Source of the DNA: Porticoccaceae bacterium
GTDB taxonomy: Bacteria > Pseudomonadota > Gammaproteobacteria > Pseudomonadales > Porticoccaceae
Assembly (NCBI GenBank): GCA_024644595.1
Contig: JAHEHL010000002.1
Coordinates: 15,741-79,740, forward strand
Length of the DNA stretch: 64,000 bases
Direction: 5' to 3'
In this document: positions 48,154 through 60,898 of the stretch, in pieces
Position numbering within the stretch: the first letter of the stretch is position 1
Layout of the letters: every line of letters begins with the position of its first letter
Made by a program: the position numbers and the translations under genes
The notes under the pieces: model-generated
What the model was told of the DNA's origin: nothing
Seen by the model: only the letters and a program-made list of their open reading frames with translations
The model's database searches: none

Positions 48154-49059
48154 TTACTGATTATCCTCTTCCTTAAATGCGCGGGTTGCCTGCCAAATAG
48201 TTAATGCCTGAACCGTTTCCAACACATCGTGAACACGCAAAATCAGTCCACTGTGGCTATTAACTTGAGCCTGTCTGGCAGCAACAGACTGAGCCATTAA
48301 TAGAGCCATAATAACACTTCCAACCAACCGGTTATCCATATTTGAATTGATCAGCTGACCAATCATGCTCTTGCGTGAAACCCCCAACAGCAAACTGTGC
48401 CCGGTGTCGACAAAGCGATCGAGTGCTGTGTTCAAAGCTAGATTGTGCCGCAGTGTTTTACCAAAACCAAAGCCCGGATCAAGCAGGATCTGATCGCTGC
48501 TGATGCCAGCGTCGACACAGACCTGTTTGCGCTGCTGCAAAAACTCCAGCACTTCGCTAACTACATCGATGTAGGACGGATTAGCCTGCATGGTGTCGGG
48601 CTGATTTTGCATATGCATCAGGCAGACCGGCAGACCACTGACAGCCGCTGCCTCAAGAGCCCCTGGCCGTTGCAGTGCACGAACGTCGTTAATCAGATTG
48701 GCGCCTGCGTGGGATGCCTCAGCAATCACCTCAGCGGTGCTGGTATCCACCGAAATCAGCGTATCAAATCTGCTGTTGACCGCCTGTACTGCGGGCAGTA
48801 CTCGATCCAACTCCTGCTGGACTGATACAGGTGAGGCGCCTGGCCGCGTGGATTCACCGCCAATGTCGATAATATCCGCGCCCTGTTCAAGCATCGATTC
48901 GACGCTCTGCAGGGTTTTATCCAGATCGATCTGTTCGCCGGCATACAGCCGTCCACCGTCAGAAAATGAGTCCGGCGTTACATTGAGAATGCCCATCACC
49001 GCTGGGCGGGACAGGTCGAGTGTCTTGCTGCCGCAGGTTAGAGTCTTTGCTCTGCTCAT
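48154..49059 (-). CDS. folP: Dihydropteroate synthase
   Basis: ORF 48154..49101 trimmed to MSRAKTLTCGSKTLDL. GILNVTPDSFSDGG and DIGGESTRPG motifs. Confidence 0.93.
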   Translation of the reverse strand: MSRAKTLTCGSKTLDLSRPAVMGILNVTPDSFSDGGRLYAGEQIDLDKTLQSVESMLEQGADIIDIGGESTRPGASPVSVQQELDRVLPAVQAVNSRFDTLISVDTSTAEVIAEASHAGANLINDVRALQRPGALEAAAVSGLPVCLMHMQNQPDTMQANPSYIDVVSEVLEFLQQRKQVCVDAGISSDQILLDPGFGFGKTLRHNLALNTALDRFVDTGHSLLLGVSRKSMIGQLINSNMDNRLVGSVIMALLMAQSVAARQAQVNSHSGLILRVHDVLETVQALTIWQATRAFKEEDNQ

Positions 49060-49137
49060 TGGGTTATTACCTGAGGGGTTAAAAGTGAAAAAGCCCCGCA
49101 ACCAATCTGGCAGCAGGGCTGGTTCTAATTGATTACA

Positions 49138-51045
49138 CTATAGCTCTTCTACAGGGCCGCCAATCGGGCCGTCTTTTTTGACTGGCTCTGAAGAATGGTT
49201 GCCTGCACCTTTATCTGTGTCGTTATCATCCCACTGATGCGGTGGACGCACTTTGCGTCGATTCATTAGATCATCGACCTGATCTGCATCAATGGTTTCA
49301 TATTCCATCAGCGCGTCTTTCATCGCTTCGAGAATATCACGGTTATCTTCGAGCAGTTTTTTCGCCTGGCTGTAAGCATCATCAAGAATCGTTCGCACTT
49401 CCTGATCAATCTCTCGCGAGGTATCTTCAGAATAATGCGCATTGCCACCGCCGGGCTGCTGTGACTCGTCCTCGCCGTAGAGCACCGGACCCATTTTTTC
49501 GGTCAGGCCCCACTTGGTGACCATATTGCGGGCCATTTGCGTGGCACGCTCGATATCATTCGAAGCACCAGTGGTCACCGCATCCAGTCCACCGACCAAT
49601 TCTTCGGCGATCCGACCACCAAACAGGCTGCAGAGCTGGCTGAATAGCTGACGACGACTCATGCTGTAGCGATCTTCCTCGGGCAGATACTGGGTTACAC
49701 CCAGCGCACGGCCTCGGGGAATAATGGTTACCTTGTGCACCGGATCGTGCTCCGGAACCAGTCGACCAATAATCGCATGACCCGCTTCGTGGTAAGCAGT
49801 ATTGGCTTTTTCTTTGTCCGACATCACCATGGAACGGCGCTCGGCACCCATCATAATTTTGTCACGAGCATTCTCGAACTCTTCCATGCCGACAACACGT
49901 CGATTACCGCGAGCAGCAAACAGCGCGGCTTCATTGACCAGGTTAGCCAGGTCAGCACCGGAGAACCCGGGTGTGCCGCGGGCGATCACACTCATTTCAA
50001 CACTTTCATCGATTGGCACTTTGCGGCCATGGACTTTGAGAATTTGTTCGCGGCCGCGAATATCCGGCAGGCTGACATAGACCTGACGGTCAAAACGGCC
50101 TGGCCGCAGCAGGGCTTTGTCCAATACATCCGGACGGTTGGTGGCGGCGATCACTATCACGCCTTCATTTCCTTCAAAGCCATCCATTTCGACCAGCAGC
50201 TGGTTGAGCGTTTGCTCGCGCTCATCATTGCCGCCACCCCAGCCACCACCACGGTGGCGGCCAACGGCATCAATTTCATCGATAAAGATGATACACGGTG
50301 CCTGTTTTTTGGCCTGCTCGAACATATCGCGGACCCGTGAGGCACCTACACCGACAAACATTTCGACAAAGTCAGAACCAGAGATGGAGAAAAACGGCAC
50401 TTTAGCTTCACCGGCAATAGCTTTGGCCAGCAATGTTTTACCTGTACCAGGAGGGCCTACCATCAGCACGCCCTTGGGAATGCGTCCGCCGAGGCGTTGA
50501 AATTTGGTGGGGTCACTGAGAAACTCAACTAACTCACTCACGTCTTCCTTGGCTTCATCGACACCGGCAACATCGGCAAAAGTGGTATTGATCTGGTCGC
50601 TGTTAAGCAGCTTGGCTTTGCTTTTGCCAAAGCTCATCGGGCCACCTTTGCCACCGCCACCACCCTGCATTTGGCGCATAAAAAAGACAAAAATGGCAAG
50701 GATCAATAGTATTGGGAAAGCGGCTACCAGTAACTGCGAGATCAGACTAGGGGTCTCTGGCTCTTTGCCGATAACCTTGACCTTGTGGTTGAGCAGGTCG
50801 CTCATCAGCCCTGGATCCTGAACATTGGGTCGCACAGTTTTGAACTTGGAGCCGTCGAGGCGCTGCCCTTGAATAATCAGGCCGTCGATAGAGACACTTG
50901 AGATACGCTCATTCTGCACTTCAGTAATAAAGTCTGAATAGACAACTTCATTGTCTTCCTGCTGCGGCGTGAAGCTGTTAAAAACAGACATAAGAATGGC
51001 AGCCAGAACCAGCCAGACAACAATATTTTTTACCAAATCGTTCAA
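49138..51045 (-). CDS. ftsH: ATP-dependent zinc metalloprotease FtsH
   Basis: 635-aa ORF. Two N-terminal TM segments, AAA+ Walker A GPPGTGKT, and the zinc motif HEAGHA. Confidence 0.97.
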   Translation of the reverse strand: MNDLVKNIVVWLVLAAILMSVFNSFTPQQEDNEVVYSDFITEVQNERISSVSIDGLIIQGQRLDGSKFKTVRPNVQDPGLMSDLLNHKVKVIGKEPETPSLISQLLVAAFPILLILAIFVFFMRQMQGGGGGKGGPMSFGKSKAKLLNSDQINTTFADVAGVDEAKEDVSELVEFLSDPTKFQRLGGRIPKGVLMVGPPGTGKTLLAKAIAGEAKVPFFSISGSDFVEMFVGVGASRVRDMFEQAKKQAPCIIFIDEIDAVGRHRGGGWGGGNDEREQTLNQLLVEMDGFEGNEGVIVIAATNRPDVLDKALLRPGRFDRQVYVSLPDIRGREQILKVHGRKVPIDESVEMSVIARGTPGFSGADLANLVNEAALFAARGNRRVVGMEEFENARDKIMMGAERRSMVMSDKEKANTAYHEAGHAIIGRLVPEHDPVHKVTIIPRGRALGVTQYLPEEDRYSMSRRQLFSQLCSLFGGRIAEELVGGLDAVTTGASNDIERATQMARNMVTKWGLTEKMGPVLYGEDESQQPGGGNAHYSEDTSREIDQEVRTILDDAYSQAKKLLEDNRDILEAMKDALMEYETIDADQVDDLMNRRKVRPPHQWDDNDTDKGAGNHSSEPVKKDGPIGGPVEEL

Positions 51046-51058
51046 GTTTATATCCTCG

Positions 51059-51679
51059 TTAATGAGCCGTTAGACCCTTGGCAACCATATACACTTCACG
51101 AGACTTTGATCTCGAGGCGTCAGGTTTTCGCACATTGACTGTATTAAACATTGTTCTGGCATGACGCACAAACTCATCAAAGCCTTCCCCCTGGAACAAC
51201 TTGGCAATAAAAACGCCATCCGGCTTCATTACCTGCGAGGCCAGATCAACCGCGAGCTCCACCAAATAGATAATTTGCGGCTGATCAACTGCCTTGCTTC
51301 CTGTTAAATTGGGGGCCATATCAGAAATTACAAGGTCTACAGGTCGATTATCGATCAACGCCATAAGTTCTTCGAAGACCGACTCTTCGGTAAAGTCGCC
51401 CTGAATAAAATCGACGCCGGCAATGCCGTCCATCGGCAACAGGTCAACAGCGTGAACTCGCCCTTCGTGGCCGACCAGCTCCATCGCAACCTGCGACCAG
51501 CCACCGGGTGCTGCACCCAGATCTACGACCGTCATGCCGGGGCGGATCAAACGCTCCTTGCCAATAATCTCGAGCAATTTATAACTTGCTCGGGAACGAT
51601 AGCCATCCCGCTGTGACTGTTGCACATAGGGATCTTTAACATGCTGTTTTATCCAGCTTCGATTTTTCGATTTCGCCAT
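51059..51679 (-). CDS. rlmE: 23S rRNA (uridine2552-2'-O)-methyltransferase RlmE (FtsJ)
   Basis: ORF 51059..51757 trimmed to [13 protein letters not shown] (207 aa). [16 protein letters not shown] motif. The longer ORF would overlap the divergent yhbY start. Confidence 0.93.
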   Translation of the reverse strand: MAKSKNRSWIKQHVKDPYVQQSQRDGYRSRASYKLLEIIGKERLIRPGMTVVDLGAAPGGWSQVAMELVGHEGRVHAVDLLPMDGIAGVDFIQGDFTEESVFEELMALIDNRPVDLVISDMAPNLTGSKAVDQPQIIYLVELAVDLASQVMKPDGVFIAKLFQGEGFDEFVRHARTMFNTVNVRKPDASRSKSREVYMVAKGLTAH

Positions 51680-51727
51680 GGGATTGTTTTCGCTAGAATG
51701 GCCGACCTTTAGAGTGAGTGGCACATT

Positions 51728-52030
51728 ATGACAACATCCAATGCGGATAAAAAACATTTACGCCGATTAGGCCACAATCTTAAACCCGTTGTGACGGTTG
51801 CCGGCAAAGGCCTCAATGAAAACGTCAGCAATGAAATCGAGCGCGCGCTCAGCGATCACGAGTTAATCAAGATAAAACTGGTCGCCGATGATCGCGATTC
51901 TAAGAAAGAATTGACCGAAACTATTTGTGCAAACCATGCAGCAGCACTGATCCAGTCCATCGGTCACACACTGCTGATCTACCGCAAGGCGAAAACGCCG
52001 GACCCGCGACTGTCTAACTTATTGCGCTGA
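51728..52030 (+). CDS. yhbY: Ribosome assembly RNA-binding protein YhbY (CRM domain)
   Basis: 100-aa ORF ([23 protein letters not shown]...HELIKIKL), divergent from rlmE as in enterobacteria. Confidence 0.9.
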   Translation: MTTSNADKKHLRRLGHNLKPVVTVAGKGLNENVSNEIERALSDHELIKIKLVADDRDSKKELTETICANHAAALIQSIGHTLLIYRKAKTPDPRLSNLLR

Positions 52031-52116
52031 TAGACGCTTTTTTTATGTCATAATCTGTGGCTCTTGCACCATGCTGGCCACGGCTTGCATGAACAACAGG
52101 GAGATAGGGACCAGAC

Positions 52117-53271
52117 GTGATCAGTCATCGCACAGTCAATTTTATTATCAGCTATATCGCTAAACCGTCTCTGGTCGGCCTGGCGGTTGCTGCTCTGTTG
52201 CTGTTTGTGTTTCCTGAATTTCGTCAACAAAATGCTCCTGATAACGCGTCTTCAATGGATCTCGACCATCGCGCCCAAGGCAATGAATGGAGCGGCCCGG
52301 TCTCTTACTCCCATGCTGTGGCGCGCGCTGCGCCGTCGGTGGTCAATATCTACACCCGCAAGATCACCAAGCCAACCAATCATCCACTGCTTAACGATCC
52401 CTATTTCAGGCGCCTGTTCAACAACCAGCAGCAACGCATCCAATCCTCATTGGGCTCCGGCGTTATCATGCAGGCGGATGGTTTTATGTTGACCAACAAC
52501 CATGTTATCGACGGTGCTGACCAGATTCTGGTATTGCTCTACGACGGCCGTGAAGCGGCTGCCGTGGTGGTTGGCAAGGATCCCGAGACCGATCTGGCGG
52601 TACTCAAAATCGAGGCCGATGATCTGCAACCGATCTCCGTGGGTGAGCCTTCTCAGGCCCGAATCGGTGATGTTGTCCTGGCGATCGGCAACCCTTACGG
52701 AGTCGGTCAGACCGTGACTCAAGGGATTGTTAGCGCCACCGGCCGCAATGGGCTGGGCTTAAATACTTTCGAAAACTTTATTCAGACTGATGCTGATATC
52801 AATCCAGGCAATTCCGGCGGTGCGCTGGTCGACAGCTATGGCAATTTGCTTGGCATCAATACCGCGATACTAAATCAGAGCGGTTCTGTGGGCATTGGCT
52901 TTGCTATTCCGGCTGACACCGCAGCGAAGGTTCTTCAGGATATTGTTAGTTACGGATACGTGGTCCGCGGCTGGCTTGGGATGGATGCCTTTCCACTGAC
53001 TGCAGTCATCGCCAAGCGCTTGAATCTGCCGCTGTCTCACGGACTGCTGGTGCGAGCCATCTATAATGGCAGCCCGGCTAATCTGGTCGGCATCCAGCCT
53101 GGAGATGTGGTGGTCACCATCAATGGCGAGCCGGTTACTGACCGCCAGAGCAGCATCAGTCAGATTGCCGATGTGGCGCCGGGTGCGCCGATCGAACTAG
53201 AGATCTGGCGCCAGGGCCAGACCTTTACTGTGACTGCGGTGGCCGGCATTCGCCCGACCAGCTCGCGTTAG
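52117..53271 (+). CDS. S1C serine endoprotease with one PDZ domain (DegS/AlgW-type)
   Basis: 384-aa ORF with a GTG start and an N-terminal TM anchor. Catalytic triad context TNNHVI, DLAVLKI, GNSGGALV. One C-terminal PDZ domain. Confidence 0.9.
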   Translation: MISHRTVNFIISYIAKPSLVGLAVAALLLFVFPEFRQQNAPDNASSMDLDHRAQGNEWSGPVSYSHAVARAAPSVVNIYTRKITKPTNHPLLNDPYFRRLFNNQQQRIQSSLGSGVIMQADGFMLTNNHVIDGADQILVLLYDGREAAAVVVGKDPETDLAVLKIEADDLQPISVGEPSQARIGDVVLAIGNPYGVGQTVTQGIVSATGRNGLGLNTFENFIQTDADINPGNSGGALVDSYGNLLGINTAILNQSGSVGIGFAIPADTAAKVLQDIVSYGYVVRGWLGMDAFPLTAVIAKRLNLPLSHGLLVRAIYNGSPANLVGIQPGDVVVTINGEPVTDRQSSISQIADVAPGAPIELEIWRQGQTFTVTAVAGIRPTSSR

Positions 53272-53283
53272 AAACCAGCGCAG

Positions 53284-54351
53284 CTAAACCGAGATAATCT
53301 CATCTAATGCATCAACCAGTTGCTGATTCTGCTGCGGCGTTCCCACCGAGATACGCAAGAACTGATCAATCCGCGGCGACTTAAAGTGGCGAATAATAAT
53401 ATTTTTCTCACGCAGGGCTTGGGCCAGAACCGCACCATCATGTTCGGGGTGACGGACAAAAACAAAGTTCGCCGCTGAGGGCAGCACAGCAAAGCCTAAA
53501 CGTTCGAGCTTGCCGACTAGCACTTCACGGCTGTCGATCACCTGCACACGCATGGCGTTAAAGTAATCGCGGTCGGTAAACGAAGCCACTGCCGCCGCCA
53601 GCTGAACATGCCCCAGTGGATAAGAGTTAAAGCTGTTTTTAATCCTCTCTAGCCCCTCGATCAACTGCGCAGAGCCCAGCGCATAGCCAATTCGTAAACC
53701 GGCCAGTGCCCGTGATTTGGACAGAGTTTGTACCACCAGCAAATTATCGTACTGGTCGATCAGGCTGACCGCACTGGCGCCCTCTTCGGCAAAATCGATA
53801 TAGGCTTCATCCACCACGACCACCGAATTCCGGTTGGCTTGGAGCAGCGCTTCAATCGCCGGCAAACTTACCAGACGACCGGTTGGTGCATTGGGGTTGG
53901 GAAAAATAATTCCGCCATTGGCCTGCCGATAATCATTGAGGTCGAGTGAAAAATCGTCGGCAAGTGGCACTTTGTTGTACTCGATCGAGTACAGGCCGCA
54001 GTAGACCGGGTAAAAGCTGTAGCTGATATCGGGAAACAGGATCGACTGAGGTTGACGGAAAAGTCCGTTAAATACATGCGCCAGCACTTCATCGGAGCCG
54101 TTGCCAACAAATACCTGAGCCGGCGTTAACTGAAAATACTCGGCCAGGGTTTGCTTAAATTGATCGGCATTGGGTGGCGGATAAAGGCGCAGGTCATCGT
54201 TTACCGCATCCCGCATTGCATCCATTACTGCCGGCGATGGTGGATAGGGGTTTTCGTTGGTATTCAACTTAGTGAGATTATTGATCGCGGGCTGTTCTCC
54301 CGGGGTATAGGGGTCAAGCCGGGTAACAAATTCACTCCAATATTTGCTCAT
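53284..54351 (-). CDS. hisC: Histidinol-phosphate aminotransferase
   Basis: 355-aa ORF in class II aminotransferase form, with the PLP-Lys context [16 protein letters not shown]. Lies downstream of hisD. Confidence 0.9.
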   Translation of the reverse strand: MSKYWSEFVTRLDPYTPGEQPAINNLTKLNTNENPYPPSPAVMDAMRDAVNDDLRLYPPPNADQFKQTLAEYFQLTPAQVFVGNGSDEVLAHVFNGLFRQPQSILFPDISYSFYPVYCGLYSIEYNKVPLADDFSLDLNDYRQANGGIIFPNPNAPTGRLVSLPAIEALLQANRNSVVVVDEAYIDFAEEGASAVSLIDQYDNLLVVQTLSKSRALAGLRIGYALGSAQLIEGLERIKNSFNSYPLGHVQLAAAVASFTDRDYFNAMRVQVIDSREVLVGKLERLGFAVLPSAANFVFVRHPEHDGAVLAQALREKNIIIRHFKSPRIDQFLRISVGTPQQNQQLVDALDEIISV

Positions 54352-54365
54352 AACCAGATTCTGCC

Positions 54366-55703
54366 TTAATCGCGTATTCGATATTCCGCCGAGCGCGCGT
54401 GAGCGGTCAGCGACTCTCCGCGACCCAGCACTGATGCAACCTTTCCCAGTTCCGATGCACCGCGCTCGGAACAGAAAATCAACGAACTGCGCTTCTGAAA
54501 ATCATAGACACCCAGCGGCGATGAAAAACGCGCAGTGGCCGATGTCGGCAGAACATGATTTGGGCCAGCACAGTAATCACCCAGTGCTTCGGCGGTGTGA
54601 CGACCCATAAAAATAGCCCCAGCATGACGAATTTTTGGCAGCCAGGCTTCAGGGTCAGCAACCGACAGTTCGAGATGTTCCGGCGCGATGCGGTTAATAA
54701 TGTCCAGCGCATCATTTTCATCACGCACTTTGATCAGTGCTCCGCGACGCTCAAGCGACTGACGAATAATCTCTCTGCGCTCCATCTCGGGCAGCAAGCG
54801 GCTCATACTCTGGTGCACCGCATCGATATAGTTGGCATCCCAGGCAATCAATATCGCCTGGGCATCTTCATCGTGCTCCGCCTGTGAAAATAGATCCATG
54901 GCGATCCAGTCAGGATCGGTTTTACCGTCACAGACCACCAGGATCTCACTGGGCCCGGCCACCATATCCAGCCCCACCAGCCCAAACACCATGCGTTTGG
55001 CGGTGGCCACATAAATATTGCCCGGACCGACAATCTTATCAACTTTCGGCACGCTCTCAGTGCCATACGCCAGCGCGGCGATGGCCTGCGCACCACCGAT
55101 GCAAAACACACGATCAACTCCGGCAATCGCTGCCGCCGCCAGAACCATGGGGCTGAGCTCGCCATCCGGTGCTGGCACCATCATGATCAATTCGCTCACG
55201 CCGGCAACCCGTGCCGGAATCGCATTCATCAACACCGAAGAAGGATAGCTGGCTTTGCCGCCTGGCACGTAGATGCCAACCCGATCCAGAGGGGTGATTT
55301 GCTGACCCAGTGTTGTGCCATCTGCATCCTGATACTGCCAGGACGATTGCAACTGATGGCTGTGATAATCGCGAATCCGCTCGGCCGCAGCTTCAAGCGC
55401 CCAGCGAGTCTCTGCGTCAATGCTTTCAAAGGCATGCTGCAGCTGACCGCGATCAACCATCAGTTGGCCGATGCCTTCAACCTGTCTGCGATCAAAGCGG
55501 TTGGTTAACGCCACTAAAGCCCGATCACCATCACGCTTCACCTGCCCCAAAATCGCGACCACTGTCGCCTCGACATCGCTGTCCGAAACGCCCTCCCAGG
55601 CAATCAGTCGATCAAGACTTGCGGCGAAATTATTGTCACCACTGTTGAGCGCGTTGATGGTACAGCGAACGTTGTTATCGGGTGAAAGAGAGGAGTCGCT
55701 CAT
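54366..55703 (-). CDS. hisD: Histidinol dehydrogenase
   Basis: 445-aa ORF with conserved [22 protein letters not shown] and PNHVLPT segments. Confidence 0.95.
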   Translation of the reverse strand: MSDSSLSPDNNVRCTINALNSGDNNFAASLDRLIAWEGVSDSDVEATVVAILGQVKRDGDRALVALTNRFDRRQVEGIGQLMVDRGQLQHAFESIDAETRWALEAAAERIRDYHSHQLQSSWQYQDADGTTLGQQITPLDRVGIYVPGGKASYPSSVLMNAIPARVAGVSELIMMVPAPDGELSPMVLAAAAIAGVDRVFCIGGAQAIAALAYGTESVPKVDKIVGPGNIYVATAKRMVFGLVGLDMVAGPSEILVVCDGKTDPDWIAMDLFSQAEHDEDAQAILIAWDANYIDAVHQSMSRLLPEMERREIIRQSLERRGALIKVRDENDALDIINRIAPEHLELSVADPEAWLPKIRHAGAIFMGRHTAEALGDYCAGPNHVLPTSATARFSSPLGVYDFQKRSSLIFCSERGASELGKVASVLGRGESLTAHARSAEYRIRD

Positions 55704-56335
55704 CAGTTGTTCTCCAGCGCCTTTTTAAACGCATCGACAATTCCCTGAACTTCGTTAAATTTGGTTTTCATTGCCGCTTTATTGACGATCAATCGCGAGC
55801 TGATATCAGCAATTTCATCTCGCGGTTCAAGACCGTTAGCTTTTAATGTATTGCCGGTATCGACGATATCGACAATCTCGTGGGCCAGATCCAATATCGG
55901 CGCCAGCTCCATCGCTCCATAGAGCTTGATCAGATCGGCCTGACGGCCCTGTTGGGCATAAAACTGTCGGGCAACATTGATATATTTGGTCGCTACACGC
56001 AGCCGGCCAGACTGTGGTTTTGCACCCACCGGCGCGGCGGTCATCAGTTTGCAGCGTGCGATACCCAAGTCCAACGGCTCGTAGTAGCCATCGCCTTGGT
56101 GTTCAAGCAGCATATCCTTGCCGGCCACCCCCAGATCCGCGGCGCCAAACTGAACATAAGTGGCAACATCCGATCCTCGTAAAATAATAACGCGCACATT
56201 ATGGCAGTTAGTTGCAAACACCAGCTTACGGCTGGAAAAGACATCCTCCACGGGAACGATTCCAGCACTGGCCAATAGCGGTAAGGTCTCTTTTAAAATA
56301 CGTCCCTTGGTCAGGGCGATGGTTATCTGTGTCAT
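55703..56335 (-). CDS. hisG: ATP phosphoribosyltransferase, short form
   Basis: ORF 55703..56404 trimmed to [16 protein letters not shown] (about 210 aa). The short HisG type implies a HisZ partner encoded elsewhere. Confidence 0.9.
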   Translation of the reverse strand: MTQITIALTKGRILKETLPLLASAGIVPVEDVFSSRKLVFATNCHNVRVIILRGSDVATYVQFGAADLGVAGKDMLLEHQGDGYYEPLDLGIARCKLMTAAPVGAKPQSGRLRVATKYINVARQFYAQQGRQADLIKLYGAMELAPILDLAHEIVDIVDTGNTLKANGLEPRDEIADISSRLIVNKAAMKTKFNEVQGIVDAFKKALENN

Positions 56336-56419
56336 TATCCTATCTGCTTTTTCACTTTCGTCGAGTAACTGATTTAGTGGTATTGAACTCTGTGCCGGCA
56401 TCAATAGCGGACACTGTGT

Positions 56420-57733
<1,314 letters not shown>

Positions 57734-57742
57734 TCAGGTCGT

Positions 57743-57982
57743 TTAGGCGTTGGCCTGCCACTCAGCGGGGGTGAAAATTTTCATATTGACAGCGTGCATA
57801 GCGCCGGAGGAAATCTCTTGCTGCAGGGCGGCATAGATCAGCTGCTGACGCTGCACTGCACGCTTACCCTCAAACATATCGCCGACCGCGATAATATTAA
57901 AATGGCTGCCCTCACTGGCAACCTGAAACTCGCAACCTGGCATTGCGTTTTCAAGCAGTACTTTTACATCTTCAGGATTCAT
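57743..57982 (-). CDS. ibaG: BolA family protein IbaG
   Basis: 79-aa ORF with the BolA fold signature (GSHFNIIAVGDMFEGKRAVQRQQLIYAAL). Lies immediately upstream of murA as in other Gammaproteobacteria. Confidence 0.85.
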   Translation of the reverse strand: MNPEDVKVLLENAMPGCEFQVASEGSHFNIIAVGDMFEGKRAVQRQQLIYAALQQEISSGAMHAVNMKIFTPAEWQANA

Positions 57983-58032
57983 AAACGACTCTTCAGTTGT
58001 TGCTTCGCCATCAAAGGCGAAGCGCGGAATAG

Positions 58033-58659
58033 TTAATCTGTCGACCAGTCACTGATGACTTTGTCGATATCACCCGCCGCACGCTGAGCGGCCTGATCAA
58101 ACTGATTGCGGAAGGTTTTACCCAGATTAATGCCATTGATGACCACATTGACCACCATCCATTCGCCGCTCTTTTTGCGCGCCATGCTGTACTCCAGCGG
58201 ATAGACGGCATCGGCACTGCGAATTTCCTGTTTGACGGTCAAGCGACGCTGGCCTGGTTCAACTGAGCCGGCTGGAAGCAACACAATTTCCTGATCTTCA
58301 TAACCGATCAAACCGCGGCCGTAGGTCTCAACCAGACCTGCGCGAAATGTCCTTGCGAAACGCTGACGTTGATCGGCGCTCGCTGTCCGGCCATAACCGC
58401 CCATAACATTGCGCGAAATAAAGCCAAAATCCACATGGCTGGCTAGTAGCGCATCGAGTCTTGTGAAATAGGCCTGCTCATTCGCGGGGTAACCTTCGCG
58501 GTAAGTAGCGATAATATCCAGCAGTGCCGTGGTAACCTGCTCAATCTGCTGATACGGATCCGCGCCACTCTTTTCCTGTGCCTGGACCGGTAGAGCGGCA
58601 ACGACACTCAATGCCAAGGCGAAAAACCATTTGGTAATAATCTTAAACTGTACGTTCAT
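58033..58659 (-). CDS. mlaC: MlaC/Ttg2D family periplasmic phospholipid-binding protein
   Basis: ORF 58033..58713 trimmed to MNVQFKIITKWFFALALSVVAALPVQA (signal peptide). VDFGFISRNVMGGYGR...FRAGLVETYG...GEWMVVNVVINGINLGKTFRNQF matches the MlaC pattern. Confidence 0.8.
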   Translation of the reverse strand: MNVQFKIITKWFFALALSVVAALPVQAQEKSGADPYQQIEQVTTALLDIIATYREGYPANEQAYFTRLDALLASHVDFGFISRNVMGGYGRTASADQRQRFARTFRAGLVETYGRGLIGYEDQEIVLLPAGSVEPGQRRLTVKQEIRSADAVYPLEYSMARKKSGEWMVVNVVINGINLGKTFRNQFDQAAQRAAGDIDKVISDWSTD

Positions 58660-58831
58660 GCGTTTATTTTCCTGATAAATCCTGTGCGACGCCACTTCTA
58701 CGTGCGCCGTCACCGAAACGATGCAAAAATCTACGGGAAGTTTGCTGACATTGTCGGTGCGGCACTATAACATCCCCGACCTTGTGAAGAAATAGAACTC
58801 ACCGCCCACACAGCGGTAATTTGGAGACACT

Positions 58832-59824
58832 ATGAGCGCACTTTTACTGCCTTTTGCGGGCCTGATTATCGGCGTTCTCGGACTGCTTTGGGGAGCGGAT
58901 CGATTTGTCGCAGGCAGTGCCGGCGCAGCGAGAAATTTTGGTATTTCACCGCTGGTTATTGGTCTTACCGTGGTCTCGATAGGCACCTCGGCACCGGAGA
59001 TTCTGGTCTCGATTAATGCCGCGCTGAGTCACGCAGCCGAGCTCGCCGTGGGTAATGCGCTGGGCTCTAACATGGCCAATATCGGCCTGGTTCTCGGCGT
59101 CACTGTTTTGATTGCACCAACACCTGTGCAAAAACATCTGCTGACTCAGGAAGGCCTTGTGTTGCTGGTTGTCACTGCGCTATCCGGCCTGATTCTGTAT
59201 GATAATTATCTCGGCTGGGGCGAAAACCTCGCGCTGATGGCGCTGGTCATTCCGCTGATCTATATCACCGTGAAATATAAAAAGAGCCACGTCAGCCCGG
59301 AAGAAGTAGCGGTTGGCGAAGACATTCCCGATATCACTATGGCAGCGGCGAGCCTCTGGTTTGTTTTAGGCCTCGCCGTGCTGCTGAGCAGCGCCCATGT
59401 CACGGTGTGGAGCGCCAAAACTATTGCCGAGGCAATGGGTGTCAGTGAACTGGTTATCGGACTCACTGTCGTCGCAATCGGCACCAGTCTGCCGGAGTTG
59501 GCGGCCTCTGCCGTGAGTGCCCTGCGCGGCCATCACGATATCGCGATTGGCAATGTGTTTGGCTCCAACCTATTCAACCTGATGCTGGTAATGTCGTCGG
59601 CCGGTATTATTTCACCGATGGCAATGTCCGCCGAAGTCTTTAACCGTGATTTTGTCAGTCTTGCAGCGTTGACTCTGCTGCTGTTTGTGCTGGTTGCATT
59701 CGCCCTGTTCAGCGCGTCGAGAACAAACACCAAGGCACGCTTGTCACGCTCTATTGGCCTGCTCTTGATCGGCGGCTATGTGCTCTATTACGTGGTGCTG
59801 TGGCCGGCCATTGTGGGTGCCTGA
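58832..59824 (+). CDS. yrbG: Calcium/sodium antiporter (CaCA family, YrbG-like)
   Basis: 330-aa polytopic ORF with duplicated alpha-repeats (GTSAPEILVSI... and GTSLPELAASA...). Confidence 0.88.
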   Translation: MSALLLPFAGLIIGVLGLLWGADRFVAGSAGAARNFGISPLVIGLTVVSIGTSAPEILVSINAALSHAAELAVGNALGSNMANIGLVLGVTVLIAPTPVQKHLLTQEGLVLLVVTALSGLILYDNYLGWGENLALMALVIPLIYITVKYKKSHVSPEEVAVGEDIPDITMAAASLWFVLGLAVLLSSAHVTVWSAKTIAEAMGVSELVIGLTVVAIGTSLPELAASAVSALRGHHDIAIGNVFGSNLFNLMLVMSSAGIISPMAMSAEVFNRDFVSLAALTLLLFVLVAFALFSASRTNTKARLSRSIGLLLIGGYVLYYVVLWPAIVGA

Positions 59825-59908
59825 TAACGGGCAGTTCTCCGTCCGCGCGTTTGCCTCTATAATGCCCTCACCAACATACCCAGCTCATTAAACTTAGCGA
59901 CCGATTCT

Positions 59909-60880
59909 ATGACGGCAACAGATTTTATCAGCTCAGCCCGGCGCACCATTCAGATGGAAGCGACGGCGGTCGAGCGACTACAACATCGCCTCGACCATAG
60001 TTTTGTGTTGGCCTGTGAAACGATACTTGCCTGCGAGGGTCGCGTAGTCGTCACCGGCATGGGCAAATCGGGCCATATCGGTAATAAAATTGCCGCCACG
60101 CTAGCCAGTACCGGCACGCCATCATTTTTTGTTCACCCCGCCGAAGCCTGTCATGGCGACCTCGGTATGATCACCAAAAATGATGTAGTCATCGCGATCT
60201 CCAATTCCGGAAGCACCGCGGAAGTGGTAACCATACTGCCGCTGATCAAACGCCTCGGTATTCCACTCATTAGCATGACTGGCGACGCCGACTCGATTCT
60301 GTCCAGAGCCGCTGTCAGTAATCTCGATGTCAGTGTTGACAGCGAAGCCTGTCCGCTCAATTTAGCACCCACCACCAGCACCACTGTGACTCTGGCAATG
60401 GGCGATGCTCTGGCTATTGCGCTGCTTGAATCGCGCGGCTTCAGCGCCGAAGACTTTGCCTTCTCCCACCCGGGTGGAGCTCTGGGCCGAAAACTACTGT
60501 TGCGGGTCGCGGACATTATGCACAAAGACAGTGAAGTACCACGGGTACTGCCAGACCAACCACTGCATCAGGCACTGCTGGTAATGACTGAGAAAGGCTT
60601 CGGCATGACCACAGTGGTCACCGAAGACGACAAGTTGCTCGGTGTTTTCACTGATGGTGATTTGCGTCGTATCGTCGACGCCAAGGTAGATATCAACAGC
60701 GCCACCATGGCTGATGTTATGTCACCCAATCCGAAAACGATCAACAGCGAAATTCTCGCCGCTCAGGCGCTGAAGATCATGGAAGACAGCTCCATCACTG
60801 CACTGATCGTCGAAGACGAAAATCACTCTCCGGTCGGTGTGTTGCATATGCACGATATTCTCCGTGCCGGCGTGCTTTAA
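59909..60880 (+). CDS. kdsD: Arabinose-5-phosphate isomerase KdsD
   Basis: 323-aa ORF. SIS domain (GMGKSGHIGNKIAATLASTGTP) plus tandem CBS domains. Confidence 0.93.
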   Translation: MTATDFISSARRTIQMEATAVERLQHRLDHSFVLACETILACEGRVVVTGMGKSGHIGNKIAATLASTGTPSFFVHPAEACHGDLGMITKNDVVIAISNSGSTAEVVTILPLIKRLGIPLISMTGDADSILSRAAVSNLDVSVDSEACPLNLAPTTSTTVTLAMGDALAIALLESRGFSAEDFAFSHPGGALGRKLLLRVADIMHKDSEVPRVLPDQPLHQALLVMTEKGFGMTTVVTEDDKLLGVFTDGDLRRIVDAKVDINSATMADVMSPNPKTINSEILAAQALKIMEDSSITALIVEDENHSPVGVLHMHDILRAGVL

Positions 60881-60898
60881 ACCACAGTGGAGAGACCA

